Counted from the stretch's first letter, positions 41,301 through 54,594 are shown. The stretch: DNA of 64,000 nucleotides from Mytilus edulis (GCF_963676685.1 NC_092351.1:35898001-35962000); one strand, 5' to 3'. The notes: generated by a model from the letters alone, not told the origin. Translations and numbers: made by a program.

Positions 41301-42239
41301 CCAATCGGGAGAAGGGAATATTTAAACTAGTTGACTCAAAGGCAGTATCCAAACTGTGGGGCCTACACAAAAACAAACCCGACATGAACTATGAAACTAT
41401 GGGAAGAGCTTTAAGGTATGTATTAATACAGAATTTAACAATGATTGTTGTTTTGCTATGTGTGCAGTGGCATATATTTCATGCACATTAAGGATGGTAG
41501 GAAAAACAATGCTGAAATTGTATATGTTCAAAGAAACACATTCAAGGTTATCATTTTTCTTGTAGGAGGTCATTTCTAATTATATTTTCGTAGAACAATA
41601 TGTCATTTGTTTGCCAATGAACTGGAAATTGTTCAAGTGGGTTAATTTTATTTCAAATAACTTATAATATACCTAAGCAATTTTGAAATCGATTTTATGT
41701 GTTATCTAAAAAGCTGCTTTAATAAAGTGATAGAAATGTTTAGAATAAGTTAATAAATGAATATTTTCTAATTTAAAAAAATGAAGTCAAGTTTATCTTA
41801 CTTGTAGGTTAACGACATATCAAATATTGTCATTGATGTGTTATCAAATTTTCATTATAAGAGTAGGAGAATAATTGGGCTCAAATTAGGGTATTTTCTG
41901 GATTGTGCAAATATTCCTTTTAAAGTACTTGCAATTTTCTAGCAGCAGATTGACACATCCTTCTTTTTTGGTCAGTCATGGTTCTGAGGATTGCCCTGCA
42001 TATGTTTAATTAAAGTTATCCCACAGTATAACATATTATATATTGAATTTAAAAGGTTTGTACATCTACTAGTATGTATTTGATTGTCCAGAAAAGATGT
42101 ATTATACATGTTTTTATCTTCCACTTTTAGGTATTACTATGCCAGAGGTATTTTAAACAAAGTTGATGGACAGAGACTAGTATACCAGTTTGCTGAGGTT
42201 CCAAAACAAATCATTGAAATTGACTGTAGTAACGTTTGA
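23097..42239 (+). CDS. E74: ETS-domain transcription factor, E74/ELF class; spliced CDS join(23097-23301,30558-30722,32159-32242,33389-33532,37099-37245,40049-40108,41223-41415,42131-42239), 368 aa
   Basis: Exons joined by hand give one open frame of 1107 nt from ATG 23097 to TGA 42237-42239. The C-terminal domain [99 protein letters not shown] is the ELF/E74 ETS domain and ends with the E74-type IIEIDC tail. Confidence 0.93.
30558..30722 (+). CDS. E74: E74 coding exon 2 ([15 protein letters not shown]...[14 protein letters not shown]...)
   Basis: Pyrimidine tract plus TTTTAG acceptor ending at 30557, donor A|GTAAGA at 30723, 165 nt, phase 1-1, ELF-type AAEALL.MDSP motif. Confidence 0.9.
30727..31033. 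repeat. 63-bp minisatellite, ~5 copies, starting just after the exon 2 donor
   Basis: Unit CCTCTATCAAAGCCTGTAGAGATTGTCTCTTATAGGTATAGTTTCAGTTTTACGCTAGTTAGC, period 63 (30791, 30854). Confidence 0.93.
32159..32242 (+). CDS. E74: E74 coding exon 3 ([27 protein letters not shown])
   Basis: Long pyrimidine tract plus CCAG, donor G|GTAAGC at 32243, 84 nt, phase 1-1, E74-type LPPSPxDSGVS motif. Too short for the ORF track. Confidence 0.9.
33389..33532 (+). CDS. E74: E74 coding exon 4, Pro/Gln/His-rich
   Basis: TTTGACAG acceptor, CAG|GTAATT donor, 144 nt, phase 1-1. Lies within ORF 33325-33660. Confidence 0.82.
33824..33993. mobile_element. 170-bp MITE with GAG...CTC termini in intron 4
   Basis: GAGTGGGATAGGA / TCCTATCCCACCTC inverted ends, internal CGGGAT repeats, TAT on both flanks. 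Confidence 0.7.
37099..37245 (+). CDS. E74: E74 coding exon 5, Ser/Pro-rich, ending RSKDKK
   Basis: CTTTGCAG acceptor, AAG|GTACTT donor at 37246, 147 nt, phase 1-1. Splicing to exon 6 gives KKGRKPK, as in ELF/E74 proteins. Confidence 0.85.
39800..39950 (+). mobile_element. Decayed V-domain SINE fragment (RUDI/V-SINE-like)
   Basis: GGTTTTCTCCAGCCTCTCCAGCTTCCTC resembles the V-SINE core GGTTTTCTCCGGGYACTCCGGTTTCCTCC and is followed by a CAAT-type tail. Family assignment is from memory. Confidence 0.5.
40049..40108 (+). CDS. E74: E74 coding exon 6, basic NLS-like linker ([20 protein letters not shown])
   Basis: TTTCAG acceptor after a T-rich tract, A|GTAAGT donor at 40109, 60 nt, phase 1-1. 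Confidence 0.88.
41223..41415 (+). CDS. E74: E74 coding exon 7, N-terminal part of the ETS domain
   Basis: TTTTACAG acceptor, AG|GTATGT donor (phase 2), translation YLWEFLL...[11 protein letters not shown]. Confidence 0.97.
42131..42239 (+). CDS. E74: E74 coding exon 8, C-terminal part of the ETS domain and stop
   Basis: CTTTTAG acceptor, phase 2, translation (R)[20 protein letters not shown]...DCSNV then TGA. Confidence 0.97.
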
Positions 42240-45200
42240 AAGGATTGTTAATGTTGAAGTAATTATGAAGTGCCATAACAAAGTGTCCCGATCACTGGAG
42301 AGAACTTCATAGACCTGTGTCTTGTCATCAGTGTGATAATCTCAAGAATTGTGATAACGGCATTACACGGACAGGTGCTTTCCCCTGTCGACAACCAACT
42401 TTTGAAGGAGTGAAGATATCGGTTATTTTGACCCTCAAACTGTGGCAGTGTCATGATAGATTGTTATGCTCTGCTGAAAATGTATCCTACGGGAGGAACA
42501 CCATGTAGTCTATCCTACTGTGGTGTACCATGGGTGCCTTTTATGTCGTAGCAAAAAATCGAATGTCACATGACTCTCATGTGATCACCGTAATGTGCTT
42601 TATAAGTATATGTGCTCACAGACAAATTATCGAATGTACAGACGTTGAAAGAATTGTATACTTTGTTGAGTTTTATATTGTTTTGTTGTCTATGTTTTTG
42701 GAAAATTATTTAATTGTTAACTGTAGTCATAAAATAGGAATTTGTATGTCATTTTTGGGATGTGAATATAGACTAAATGGCATGTGTCTTATACATGAAA
42801 TCCTCTTCAGGTGACAAAAATCAGCCCAATAAATTATAATTATGCAGGTTTGATTCGCCTGCGTAGTTTACAATGATTTATAACTATTTAAACATTCTTG
42901 CATAGAAATATCAAGGTTTAAATCGTTCAACAGATAAAATATAATCATTTCCTCTTATTTGAAGGATATCTCATCAACTATATCAGAAATACAAGCAAGT
43001 CTTTGGGAAAATGTAAATTAGTCTGATCATTTGACCTTTGTTTATATGGATCTAGGTCACAATCTGGTTTTATTAAATGTTAAAGATTTGTGAAATTTGT
43101 TGAGGATTTTGTTTTAAGTTTATATTGTTACAGAGTTTTAATGATAACATTGTTATGATATGTTGGTTTAAAACAAAACAAAAAAACAAAAAAATAGACC
43201 CTTTTATCATAGAAACCAAACCCTATATGACAGAAGATTTTGTATGGATAATACAATTGTATGTTTTACTGTAAGTGTACAGGTTTTGGTGAAGTCAGGT
43301 TTTACTGTATTTCCTAATGTACCAACCTATTGATTCCTTCAGTTTGTTTTTTAACTTGTTTATGAAGTTTGATCCATTCCATTTTAATTCAGTGCTGTTA
43401 AAATTCAGATACAGAGTAAAAATGACAATACTTGTGAAACAAAATGATTAATTAACATTTAATTCTATAGTGAAATCTGTTTTGGAATAAACATACAGTT
43501 TCAAAGAAGTTAGAAACCAGCTTGATATATGGTTGCTTAAGAGCTGTTCCATTTAAGTGGACTTTGGAGGGTTGATAAAGATTTAATTGAGTTATTTACT
43601 TACATAAAATAGACCTACAACTGTATATAATCCAAAACCCATGTTCAAACATCAAATTTAGCATCCTTCCCTAACAAAGTTATTTTAACAGAATAGCCCT
43701 CAGTTTATCTTCGACCTTTCTTGTTAAAAAATTATTTTTTTTGGCTTCTGATGGTTAAATTGACCAATGTCTTTTGAAGCAATTAGTTTAGTTTTAAAGA
43801 CCAATGTTTTATGTTGAACTAAGTCTAAAATAATGATAAAATGATTCTGTAAACTTGTTTGTTGGCCATTGACGCTGTTGGCGCATCCTCCCCTTTTATC
43901 ACGAGATTGTCAAGATAAAAACAAGTATTGTCATGTTTACTCTTATATGCATGGTTTGACCAATCCTAAACATTCCTCTAACCCGAACATTTCCTACGGT
44001 TTTAAACATGTTATTTGTTATTTTATAATTTCTTTTTATGTGTGTGAAGTGTTAAATTGACTAATAGTATAATATATTTTGAAATATGTGTACGTGTGGT
44101 TAAGTTGGAAGTGAAGAATGAATCAGAAAAAATATCCTCGAGGGAATGTGAGTTTAGTACATTTGTCCTTAATTTTTTGTAATTATCATTTTTTTAAAAG
44201 CATAATATAAAAGCAGGTACTTGCATCACAAGATTTAAATGCCAAAGATAGGGATTCCCAAAGCTATATAGATATGTACCAGTTGACTTCTTTACAGTAT
44301 TGCAGATTTCATTAATATTTAACATTTTTAATCCCAAGGAGGCTTTTCATCATTTTTAAGTATTTAAAAACATGATGATAGGTTTTTTAAATGATATTCT
44401 GTTATTTGACATAAATTTGACACATCCATACTTTGACTGATATTTCTAAACTGTGCTGTATGTTTTTTAAAATTAATAATACTTCTAGTTTCATTTTTTT
44501 AGGAAAGACAGAGTTGTCTAATCTTGCATTTAAGATTTTAGTGACATCACTTACAGCACAACACATATATATTAAATTAGTCAGAATTAAGAACTATGTT
44601 ATTTAATATGTATTTATATAAATATAGGAAAAAGAGAGAATAAGGATTATAGAAGATTTATTGATTGAAATACATTTACTAATCTGTTTTTATTGAGGCG
44701 TAGGAAGAATCTTTAACTAGATTAAAAACACAATATTTCAATTTTGTGAGGTATTATAGATTATTCTTCATTGTAAGAAAGATAATGGTATTGATTTTTG
44801 TATATTCTTAACAATTGATTTTATATAGAGTTTCTGCCTTTAAAAGCCAGGTTGGTTGGTAAAAGACTATGATTTATTATTCATTACGATCCTTGTTTTT
44901 ATCAGCGGAAATATCCTGATATTTTCCTGGTTACAAGAAGGTTTATATTTATGAAAATAAAGGCTACTTATGGATTTTAATTTGAATAAATCTTTTTTAT
45001 ATGCTTAAAGGCAATAATAAGCTGTACTTGGGAAATCTACATACAGTGTTAACCTGATTTCAAAATAATTGATTCTATTGGGAATGGAAACAATAGCAAT
45101 AACTTTTTAATACCTTTTGTTAAAAATTCTTTCAGAAAAAAAAAACTTTTTTTGGTTTATCCTGTTTAAAGCAATGAATTTTTCATGCTGTTATGAGGTA

Positions 45201-46510
45201 TATATTACAGATATTTCACAAGGTCAATTAACAAGTCGTAAATTATAACTCTCGCATAAGAGACAAACATTTAATATCCTTGAGAGAAAGAATTCATGAC
45301 ACAGGTATAAATATTTACATACTACCATTTATTCCATGACGAAGATCTGAATTCCTATGGCAGCTATTACAATTCACAACACTAAAAATTATTCGTTAAA
45401 GTAACAGATGAATTGTAACATCGATTTGTATGATTTCATGTATGTATAAACCATACTATAGGTTTTAGAAAAAAAAGCATTATATTTTTGCTGTTCATTA
45501 TTAAATGTATATTTAGACCCAAGTTTTTATGTAATCTGGTTTCCCTATATTCAGAACTCATTATAAATAGGATTGACATATAAACTCAGCACACTCTTAT
45601 ATTTGAGAAGATTTTACTAAAATTGTTTTAAGGATTATTCAACGAATTTTTTATTTGCTTGTCAAGAATTCATTTCAAAGGAAATTGTAGTTTTGATATG
45701 TATTTGTAAAATTTTAAGCACAGATTTCAGAGAAGTTTTATAAAATTAAACTATAATTTTATTTCTAAGATTTATAATCACGTTTTGCCATTTTTACTGT
45801 TTACTTTTAACCCTCACATGAAGATATTTTATTACATTTTTCGACATAATTATTTTATTTTTTGTCTTTACCTGTAATTTTAATCAGGTGAATTGATATA
45901 TGGGCATTATTTATGTTATATGTAAAAGTCTGTCTTTCTCTGCAATTTCTTATTACTACTTATATGTCTACTGATCCTTGACCGATTAGAACGGTCATTG
46001 TAATCCATTTTATTATGTCCACATTATGCTGATTGCCATTTTCAGTGTTATTTCTAAATTAATAATGGAAAAAAAATTAGGTTGCAAATTATTGTGTATA
46101 TTTAGATAAATGAAAGAATGTTTAAGGATAAAAGTAAATCTGACGTTTTTCCAAGTTTAATGGCAGGGAGTAGATTCAAATATAAAAGGGATTGTGCAAT
46201 CTTTTAACGATTAACTGGAAATGGCGAACAATTGATTTGGATAATTCTTTTTCATATGAAAAAACTTTCATACCATACAGACTTTGTACACAACAATGGA
46301 TTAATTGGCATATTAAAACTCTTGATATTGTGGGAAGAATGTGGATTTTCATAATCATTTATAGAGAGAAAGAAAGACTGAATAAAAGTTATTATGTATG
46401 ATGCTGAAGATTAAGATTATATATTATTGTGCTGTTCTTATGAATGTAAGAAATGACAAGAAAAATGTGATATAAATATGAAAATAAAGAAATTAAAAAA
46501 AAAAAAATAT
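42240..46510 (+). other. Probable long AU-rich 3' UTR of E74 (end uncertain)
   Basis: About 4 kb of U-rich sequence with no recognisable repeats and several AATAAA hexamers (about 42829, 43487, 44957, 46381, 46483). Interspersed repeats resume at about 46660. Confidence 0.45.
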
Positions 46511-47129
46511 GGTTTGTTTTTATGATATTCATAAAGGAAGCTTTTACATGCAGATGATATTTTCCTGTCTTGAAAATTGAAAAACAAAAAAGTACCAAAT
46601 TTCATTTTCTCTACTTTTTAACAACTTAATTCTGCACCAGTTGACTACAGTTAGAAAGATATGGAGATATGGTATGATTGCCAATAAGAAAACTAACCAC
46701 CAGAGACCAAATTATGTGCATATATATCAGTAAGCAACTTGGATCACTGTGAAGCCTTCAACAATGAGCAAAACCAAAACTATTATTAGTGAGCTATGAA
46801 TATGCCCAACATGTCAAAATTTGAAACAGGTCAAATACTATAATTAGCCTGATTTATGATAAAAAAAAATAAGCAATGACAACCACTGAACTCAGGTACA
46901 CACACTATGTAATGCACATAGAAAAAAAATGCAGCTTTAAATTCAAATACTTTCAAAAACAAACAGCATATATTATGCCAGGATATTTTTTTGGGGTCCT
47001 AAATGGCTGACAGACTACTAGAACTTGGTGAAATATATTTTAGTAGCTGACAAAGCAGAACTTATTTTCCTCCTAAAACAAACTATGTCCTAACTGAAGA
47101 TGGAATTGTATACATTTGTGCACTGAATT

Positions 47130-47430
47130 AGAAGCAAAACGGCTTCAAGTGTATTGAGATTTTTAAAGTGGAACCTAATACATTGTCCACAAAAGGAAAT
47201 GCCATACCAAAGTCTAGTCCTACTAAAAGTGGAGTAAGCAACACCTTATTGGAATCAACTACAGAAAAATCAGATTTAACATAAAAAACAGGTACAGCGA
47301 AATGCTGCCTAACTTGTAATGAACCAAACATACAACCCATAAAGGCCAATCATAACAGTGTAACACCAATGGTTCCTTTCCTCAACTGGAACATAGGAGA
47401 ACCATATCTAATGTCAACATCATGTTCAAG
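47130..47430 (+). mobile_element. Highly decayed LINE ORF2 fragment (post-RT region)
   Basis: Frameshifted translation AYQSLV..KVE*..YWNQLQKNQI..QVQRNAA parallels AYISLIRSTMEY..LW.PY..DI.KLERIQ of the adjacent LINE. Confidence 0.5.
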
Positions 47431-47529
47431 GTAGTCCACAAACTACTAGCTAAACCAATACTCTACATTCCAAACCAGCTATCGTAATTAGAACTTGAAA
47501 TAGCCCCAGTTTGAAATTATTGCCATAAT

Positions 47530-49468
47530 GTGTTGAACAACTAGCACCCATCCTGCAAATTATAATGCAATGCTCGCTAGACACAGGTGAACTACCAAAT
47601 GACTGGAGAGACGCGAACATATTTAGTATCTTCAAAAAAGGTGACAAACGTCTAGCAGAAAACTACACCTGTATCCTTAACATCTGTCATAAAAAAAACA
47701 AGATCCTAACCAACTTAAACCACGGCTCCAGGTCAGGATACTCATGTGAAACCCAATTCATAACTACCATCAACGACTTCCTACAAGAACATGACAAGGG
47801 ACATCAAATCGACGTAGGCATATTAGATTTCTCAAAAGCATTTGACATAGTACCACACAAGTTATTACATAAGTTAGATCAATATGGAATCAAAGGAAAC
47901 CCACACAAATGGCTTAAAAACTTCCTAACTGCCAGATCGATGCGAACCATCGTGGAAGGCGAATCATCAGGCGAAACAACAGTCCCCCAGGGCACCGTCA
48001 TAGGACCAATCCTGTTTCTGTGCCACATAAATGACCTTCCGGCCAGCGTAACATCATCAGTAAGACTTTTTGCCGACGATTGCATACTGTACAGAACAAT
48101 TAAAAAATAGCCAAGACCGACAAAAACTACACAGATTTGGAACATCTAGAAATCCGGGCCTACAAAAGGAGGATGCGATTCAATGCCAAGCAGTGCTATG
48201 TCTTATCCATAAACAAAAAGCAGACAAATTCTATACGCTTGATAAGCACATCCTACAAAAGGTACAAGTGAACCCATACTTAGGGCTCCAAATATCAAAC
48301 GATCTGAAATGGAGTATCCACATAAACAACATCAGTAAGAAAGCCAACGCCACCTTGGGCTTTCGTAGGAGTATCTTGAGAAACGTACCAGAGGCATGTA
48401 GGAAAGTAGCATACATATCCTTAATAAGATCGACAATGGAATATGACACAACACTCTGGAAGCCATATATGAAAGGGGATATTGACAAACTGGAACGTAT
48501 CCAAAACAGGCATACGATTCATATATAAAAAAAATTACATGCAGGAGTCGAGAAACAGGATCCATAACTAACATGAGACGCCAGCTTGAAATGGAGACGC
48601 TAGAGGAAAAAAAAAACACCCTCCGTCTTATCCTGATTTACAAGGTGATTGATGGTCTGATGCTTGTATTTCCTATCATGATTTTCTTGATAGAGGGTTG
48701 CTGCTCACAAGTAAGCTATTAAACCAAGAGTTGAACTCATCCCTTCGTAAATTTTACGGACGCCATCACGTTTTGGTTGACCGTTATTGAAAAACCGTTT
48801 CACAGATGATATGGGATATGTTCCTTACAATTCCCTTCCCTTTCATGAATGTGACCTACCGAATTAGACTTTTTACCGGATTTGTTTTTACATGAGCAAC
48901 ACGACGGGTGCCACATGTGGAGCAGGATCTGCTATCCATTCCGGAGCACCTGAGATCACCCCTAGTTTTTGGTGGGGTTCGGCGTGTTGCTTATTCTTTA
49001 GTTTTCTATGCTGTGTCATGTGTACTATTGTTTGTCTATTTGTCTTTTTCTTTTTTAGCCATAGCGTTGTCAGTTTTTTTTTTTCGATTTATGAGTTTGA
49101 CTGTCCCTCTGGTATTTTTCGTCCCTCTTCTCTACCAGCCGATAATTTTGTCATACCAGCACGACCTAAACGAACTATCAAAGCTAAAGCATATTCAAAC
49201 TATGAAACTGACAATATTATTGAACGTCAAGTAATCAATAACACCAGAGAACTTAAAGTACCAAATAGCAACAAACCACAGTATAAACATTCAATTTTTG
49301 AGGAAACAACTATTCACTGGAACCAATTAACAGATAAAGTTGTGCATGCAGGTTCTATAGAGGAATTTAAGACCGCTCTACAAGAACTACGCCCATAACA
49401 ACGGCGCTCTTCTCAACCGTGTATAAAAGCCTAAATAGGATTCTACACGTACCACTACAGATACAGAA
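47530..49468 (+). mobile_element. 5'-truncated, frameshifted non-LTR retrotransposon (RTE-X/CR1-like) RT pseudogene
   Basis: RT motifs [42 protein letters not shown] and the C-terminal YKHS...TTIHWNQL, with stops, frameshifts and deletions. Ends in a TACAGATACAGA short-repeat tail. Confidence 0.9.
48662..49129 (+). mobile_element. 3' fragment of a probable Penelope-like retroelement nested in the LINE
   Basis: Translates ACISYHDFLDRGLLLTSKLLNQE..SSLRKFYGRHH.LVDRY, resembling a PLE RT-thumb region, then a T/G-rich tail. The host LINE frame reads KVIDGL before and LPADNF after. Confidence 0.7.
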
Positions 49469-50628
49469 TAGAAAGTTGTTTGTACGTCACTTGTGTAATG
49501 GATTATTAATTCGAAAACAATTAATAGTTTAGATCTTCATCTTTGGTTAAAGCCTCAAGTTAACAGGAAACAGACTCTCCCGATTGTCCAAGATATGCCA
49601 TTGGGTCATTTGTTATCGTTCAAAACAATTTTGTAATTTCACCAATGAACCAGGAAAATGAGGTCAATGACAGATGATACCTGCCAGACTGACATATAAA
49701 TAAAGGCAACAGTAGTATACCACTGTTCAAACTCATAAATCCATGGACAAAAAACAAAATCGGGGTAACAAACTAAAACTGAAGGAAACGCATAGAACAC
49801 CTCAATACTCCAAATATACAAAATGACTTAAACCAATTTAAGTTCAATTTTACAATTTATGCAGAGTATATATAGCTTATGTCAAAAAGGAGGAAGATAC
49901 CAGGGAGAAATCAGAAACCTCGAGTCGAAAAAAACATAAAATGAAAACGCAATTGCAAAGAAGGGACAAACAACCGTGGTCAAAACACTGCACAGAAAAA
50001 CAAGAATTGAAGAACACAAACGCCAAAAAAAGATCATCGATTCTTTTCAGAACTTGCGAATCTTGTACTGTGACGGTTGTTGCTTAGGTAATGTGACATA
50101 TTTTCGCCAGACAGTACAAAGTGTTGAATAACACAGTGTTTTTAACTGCCTGTTTTGTGTATTGTCCATGTTATAGATTCGAGGTAAACTGTCTCGAAGA
50201 GCTTACATGAATGCGTAAGAAAATCAGCATTATACATGCTGATTTTTCCGTATTAGAAACGATTTGCTCATATCATTTGATAATTTGTCTTACAATTTCA
50301 AAAGAAATCGTTTCGGTAAAATAATGTTTTGCTCGGTTTTGTCTGACAACCCCTTTAAACTGTTTCCATTTGGTAATTTAAAAATACTAAAACAAAGTAA
50401 ATATTCTAATTTTGAAGTCTGAAATTACCAAATGTGCAACGTATGGTGGTATGGCATTAAAAAAGTATGGTCCAACTAATGATCACCAACAGGTGTTTTT
50501 GTATAAAGCCCAAAGATTATAAACACGTAAAGAAAAGAAACTATAAAATAACCAAAACCGTCTACGTTAAAAAAATGTTGAGATATTTGGAGTATTTGGA
50601 TATTTTAGGTAAGATTACAACTATAAAT

Positions 50629-50990
50629 ATAAAATTGAGGATTGAAATGAGGAGTGTGTCAGAGAGACAACAACCCGACAAAAGAGTAGAAAACGGTCAA
50701 AGGCCATCACAGCGAGAAAATCCCACACCAGGAGGGGGTTCAGTTGGCCCTTAAACAAAAATGTGTACTAGTTCAGTGAAAATAGACGTAATATCAAACT
50801 CCAAAACATATAAATGAACTAAAATCAAAAATCAAACAGGACTAACAAAGGCCAGAGGCTCCTAACTTGGGGCAGGCGCAAAAAATGCGGCGGATTAACA
50901 TGTACGGTGGTATACCAAACCTCACCCTTTACCTCTAGCCTATGTAAAGATAAAACGTTCATCAATACGCATAGTAAAACTCAGTTGCAA
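50629..50990 (-). mobile_element. High-copy SINE-like repeat, family B
   Basis: ATAAAATTGAG...GTCAGAGAGACAACAACCCGAC end. Reverse-complement fragments occur at about 5760-5845 and 17020-17130. Shares a GGCTCCTRACTTGGGRCAGGC core with family A. Confidence 0.65.
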
Positions 50991-52249
50991 AATGACAAAG
51001 ATTTCAAATGCAAAGACCCTATGAGTGAATCAATATCAATACCAAAATATACCATCTTTAATGACCTGACAACAGAATCGTATCTATATCCCCTCTGAAA
51101 AGGTTTGTTTGGTTTGGTTAGCTTTTTAGGTGAATGCCGACATTTGTGCTTAGTTTGTTTAAACATATGTAAACAATACAGCATATTAAGACAAACTAAA
51201 AATTCATTGATTTTGGTCTCATGCGCGAACCTTTAAAATACCTTTAAAACGTGCGATTTTAAAAACAAAAAGGTTAATTTATCGAGAATATCATTGTGTT
51301 TCCAGTATGATAGATCTTATAAATTTATAAATTCTATATCATAAAAAGCAATCATATAATTTAATAGACCATATTTTTTCAGCCCGGCTTCTGGTCACAG
51401 ATCGAAGAGAAGCTTTTTATAAGTCATTAAGTGGTCACATAAAGTCAGTTGAATGCCGTGGGGAGAGAAACGAGAAATAATATTTTTTTAAACTATACAT
51501 AATATTGATTTATTCGAGAAAAAAGCTTTAATTGAACGATTATCTCAGACGATGTCCAAATGAGTGCTCTTGTGTCATCTTTAAAACTTTAAAAATTGAC
51601 AAAATATGATACAACAATTCTGCTCTTAATATTTTGTTTTGGTAAACAGTTCGACATTGTACAGATAACATATTTTGTTAATAATTATGACTGCGTAAAT
51701 TATTTAAAATGTACTATATACAAAACGTTGCGGAAAGAAGTTGAAAAAAAAATTCGTCTAGCATTGGAGACACAAATATTCTATCCGGTTGGAGATACTT
51801 AAGCGACTTATCCCCTAGAGAAATACACACTAGTACGGATTTACTCATACGGATTGAAATGCCAAATGCTCCAATGACCGTATCTATTCAAACATTTGTA
51901 AATATTCGAGTATGACGGCTTCTCATCGAATCGTGTGATATTTTAACAAGCAAAACATGGACGTTTTTTTGTTGTTTTTTTTTTTTTGGGGGGGGGGGGG
52001 GGGGACCGAGTGTAACCTTTACTCTTAGTCGAATCCAGCGTTGTTACACTGTAAATGATATAAAAGGCATGAAGATGGAATTGATATCAGATTAACTAAG
52101 GTATCTGTCGTAAAGAGTCGAAAGATGCAGTTAACAGAAATAACTAATTGAAAAGTGCGTTTAAACTAGTGACAGGTCTACGACAGATCTTTCCATTGGA
52201 CCACCAATGAAGGTGACACACGGCTAAAGACACATAAACTTAATATATT

Positions 52250-52420
52250 CATGATTACTCTAATTAGAATCTCAACAATGCTAAATCAGCAAATTTGCGG
52301 AAACATATTTTTGTACTTCCCTCGCCAAGATTTGAACTCATACTATTATATGTGTCAACAACACCTACACTGTATCCAGTGCTTTAGTGAATGTTGTCTA
52401 ATTGACAATCATACCTCAAG
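52250..52420 (-). mobile_element. Decayed tRNA-derived SINE head
   Basis: The - strand reads GAGTTCAAATCTTGGCGAGGGAAG, which is B-box-like. No intact cloverleaf. Confidence 0.35.
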
Positions 52421-54594
52421 TCAACTCCTTATTTTTGTATTAAACACAAATTTTTGAAAGGAGAAACACTTTTAATCTCTAATTGTACAAGTGCTGAAGA
52501 TTAAAAAGAGTTCTAATTTCAAACAAAAGACTTAAAGAAATATTATAGACATTATAGATTTTAGTTTTGGAAATTATTTCGTTTGTTGGTAAAGCATTGA
52601 TAGAGTTCAATAGTACTAGAAACACATTTAAAGCAATACGTGAATCACAAAACAAACCGAACAGTACAAATAACAACATCAAGAACTGCGAGAGAAATCA
52701 ACACAAGACACACACGAACAAAAAACAAACAACAGCGAACACAACATCGTCCAAGCAACCATGTCTTAGACGAGATGAACATTTATACGTCAATTTCGTT
52801 TTAATATTGTAGAATCAAAATTTCGACATAACGACATTAAGATCCGAAATTAATACAATACTCAAGGATCTAGGATATAAAGCTAGGGTGGAAAGGTAGT
52901 CTTTAACAACTTTTTATACCACATTTATCTATATTTTTTTGGGGTTTTATTTTGACATTTCAACATCTCATTATTGGCTGCTTTGCCACGGTCAGCTTGT
53001 TAAAACACAAAAAAACATTCTGAGAGTAATCAGTTTGATATAAGTTTTTTATCGATAATTCGAACAATTGAAATTAATATATACACTAGTAGCTACTTTA
53101 GAAATGTATTATACTATATTTAACCAGATTAATACATTTTCTGAAGATAGACTTTATCTATATTAGCTTTCCTCCTTCTGCCCTTAGATCAACTTTAAGG
53201 ATAATGTCAAATGTATAATGATTCATTACTTCAAACAAACCCAATATGATCTATATTTATTTCAAATAATTGTTCGATTTGAATCCGAAGCCAGCAGAAC
53301 TATTATTATGTATTGCTATTCCAGTTCATATAGAATACTGCTATCATTTTTACGTTGCAAATTCTCAGAAAATGGTTTTAAATTCCAACTTATAAGAAAT
53401 TGCACCTAGATAAAGTCAACTTGGTTTATCTTTAGATATGGATTAAAATCATGTTAGCAGGTAGCGTGTATCTATTAACGCAAGTAAGGTTTCAAGTGCT
53501 ATTGTTGTTAATGGAGAATATCATCCTATCAGTAGTCGGTACTTCTTCCTTTTTTTAAAATTCCGTTTATAAATTATGAAGTTATATAGAAACTAATAGG
53601 CGAGTGACATTTTCAGAAAAGACGCTTAGTTAGTGACTTTAACGCACCCACCTAACACACAGCTGAATTTTTTATATGTTATAGTATAATATCTGAACTT
53701 CCATTTTTGGTCGGTCGTAAAAAAAATCGTACGGTGCAATTTTTGTAAAAATTGAATTGAAATCGAGAAATAATTCCAAAATTAAAAATGACCAACAGTG
53801 TTGAAGCGTGAAAAATTAACATGTAGCTTTATTTTCTGTTGTCACAATGCAAAAATTATGTACGTTTAACATGTCAATGTTTAAAAAAATACTTTTTTAA
53901 AAATGAAAGAAGTAATTTTTGTAACATTTTTGGAATTTTTTTTATAAAAATGGTGCCAATTTTCATATTTTTCTTCATTTCTTAGATATTTTCGGCTTGA
54001 AACCTAAATTAATGATGTTCGTATTATTCAAAAGTTCATTACTCGTTTAATACATATCGTTATCACTGTATAATTCTGGATTTTATACACTTTTACACAC
54101 TCCCCCTTTTCAATCAAATTTCCGAAATCGCTTTCTCTGTTAATTTCCTTCAAGTTAACGGACCTAAACGCTTCGAAAAAGAGTATGAATAACCATGAAG
54201 GCATTTCGTTTGGTACAAATATTACGCAAAGTATTAAAAAAAAAATCAAAGGACCATAGAAGCTGAGATGTCAACGTTTTTTTAGTCTTGGTAAAAAACC
54301 ACTATCTTATTATTCTTGGTCATTTTGCACTAACAAAAGGCAGAGATTATGAATAAGTATTGATAAATACTTCTTTCTTAATTGGATCAATGCACATTTT
54401 AGTTTTGCAACTAAAAGTACGCAAAAATGTGTCAAATCTGATATTTTCCCCATGAACTTGAACGTGAGATATGTCCACCTTTTAAATTTCCTACCGTTTT
54501 AACCATCGCATACGATAGACTTATTGATGATGCCAATTTTGTCAGTATTTTAGAGGAAGCATGCATGGTGTATGTGCTAGGAGCACGTCAAGAG

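Noticed and set aside
42443-42466. TGGCAGTGTC...GATTGT resembles mature miR-34, which targets E74 in flies
   Set aside because: It is the sense seed rather than a target site, the middle does not match, and no precursor hairpin arm is visible.
42237-42510. Stop-codon readthrough or a downstream ORF extending E74
   Set aside because: A second in-frame stop follows after three codons (AAG GAT TGT TAA), and ORF 42317-42508 lacks an ATG start.
48892-49398. 168-aa ORF as an independent gene
   Set aside because: Chance fusion of an inserted element's non-coding tail with the LINE ORF2 C-terminus.
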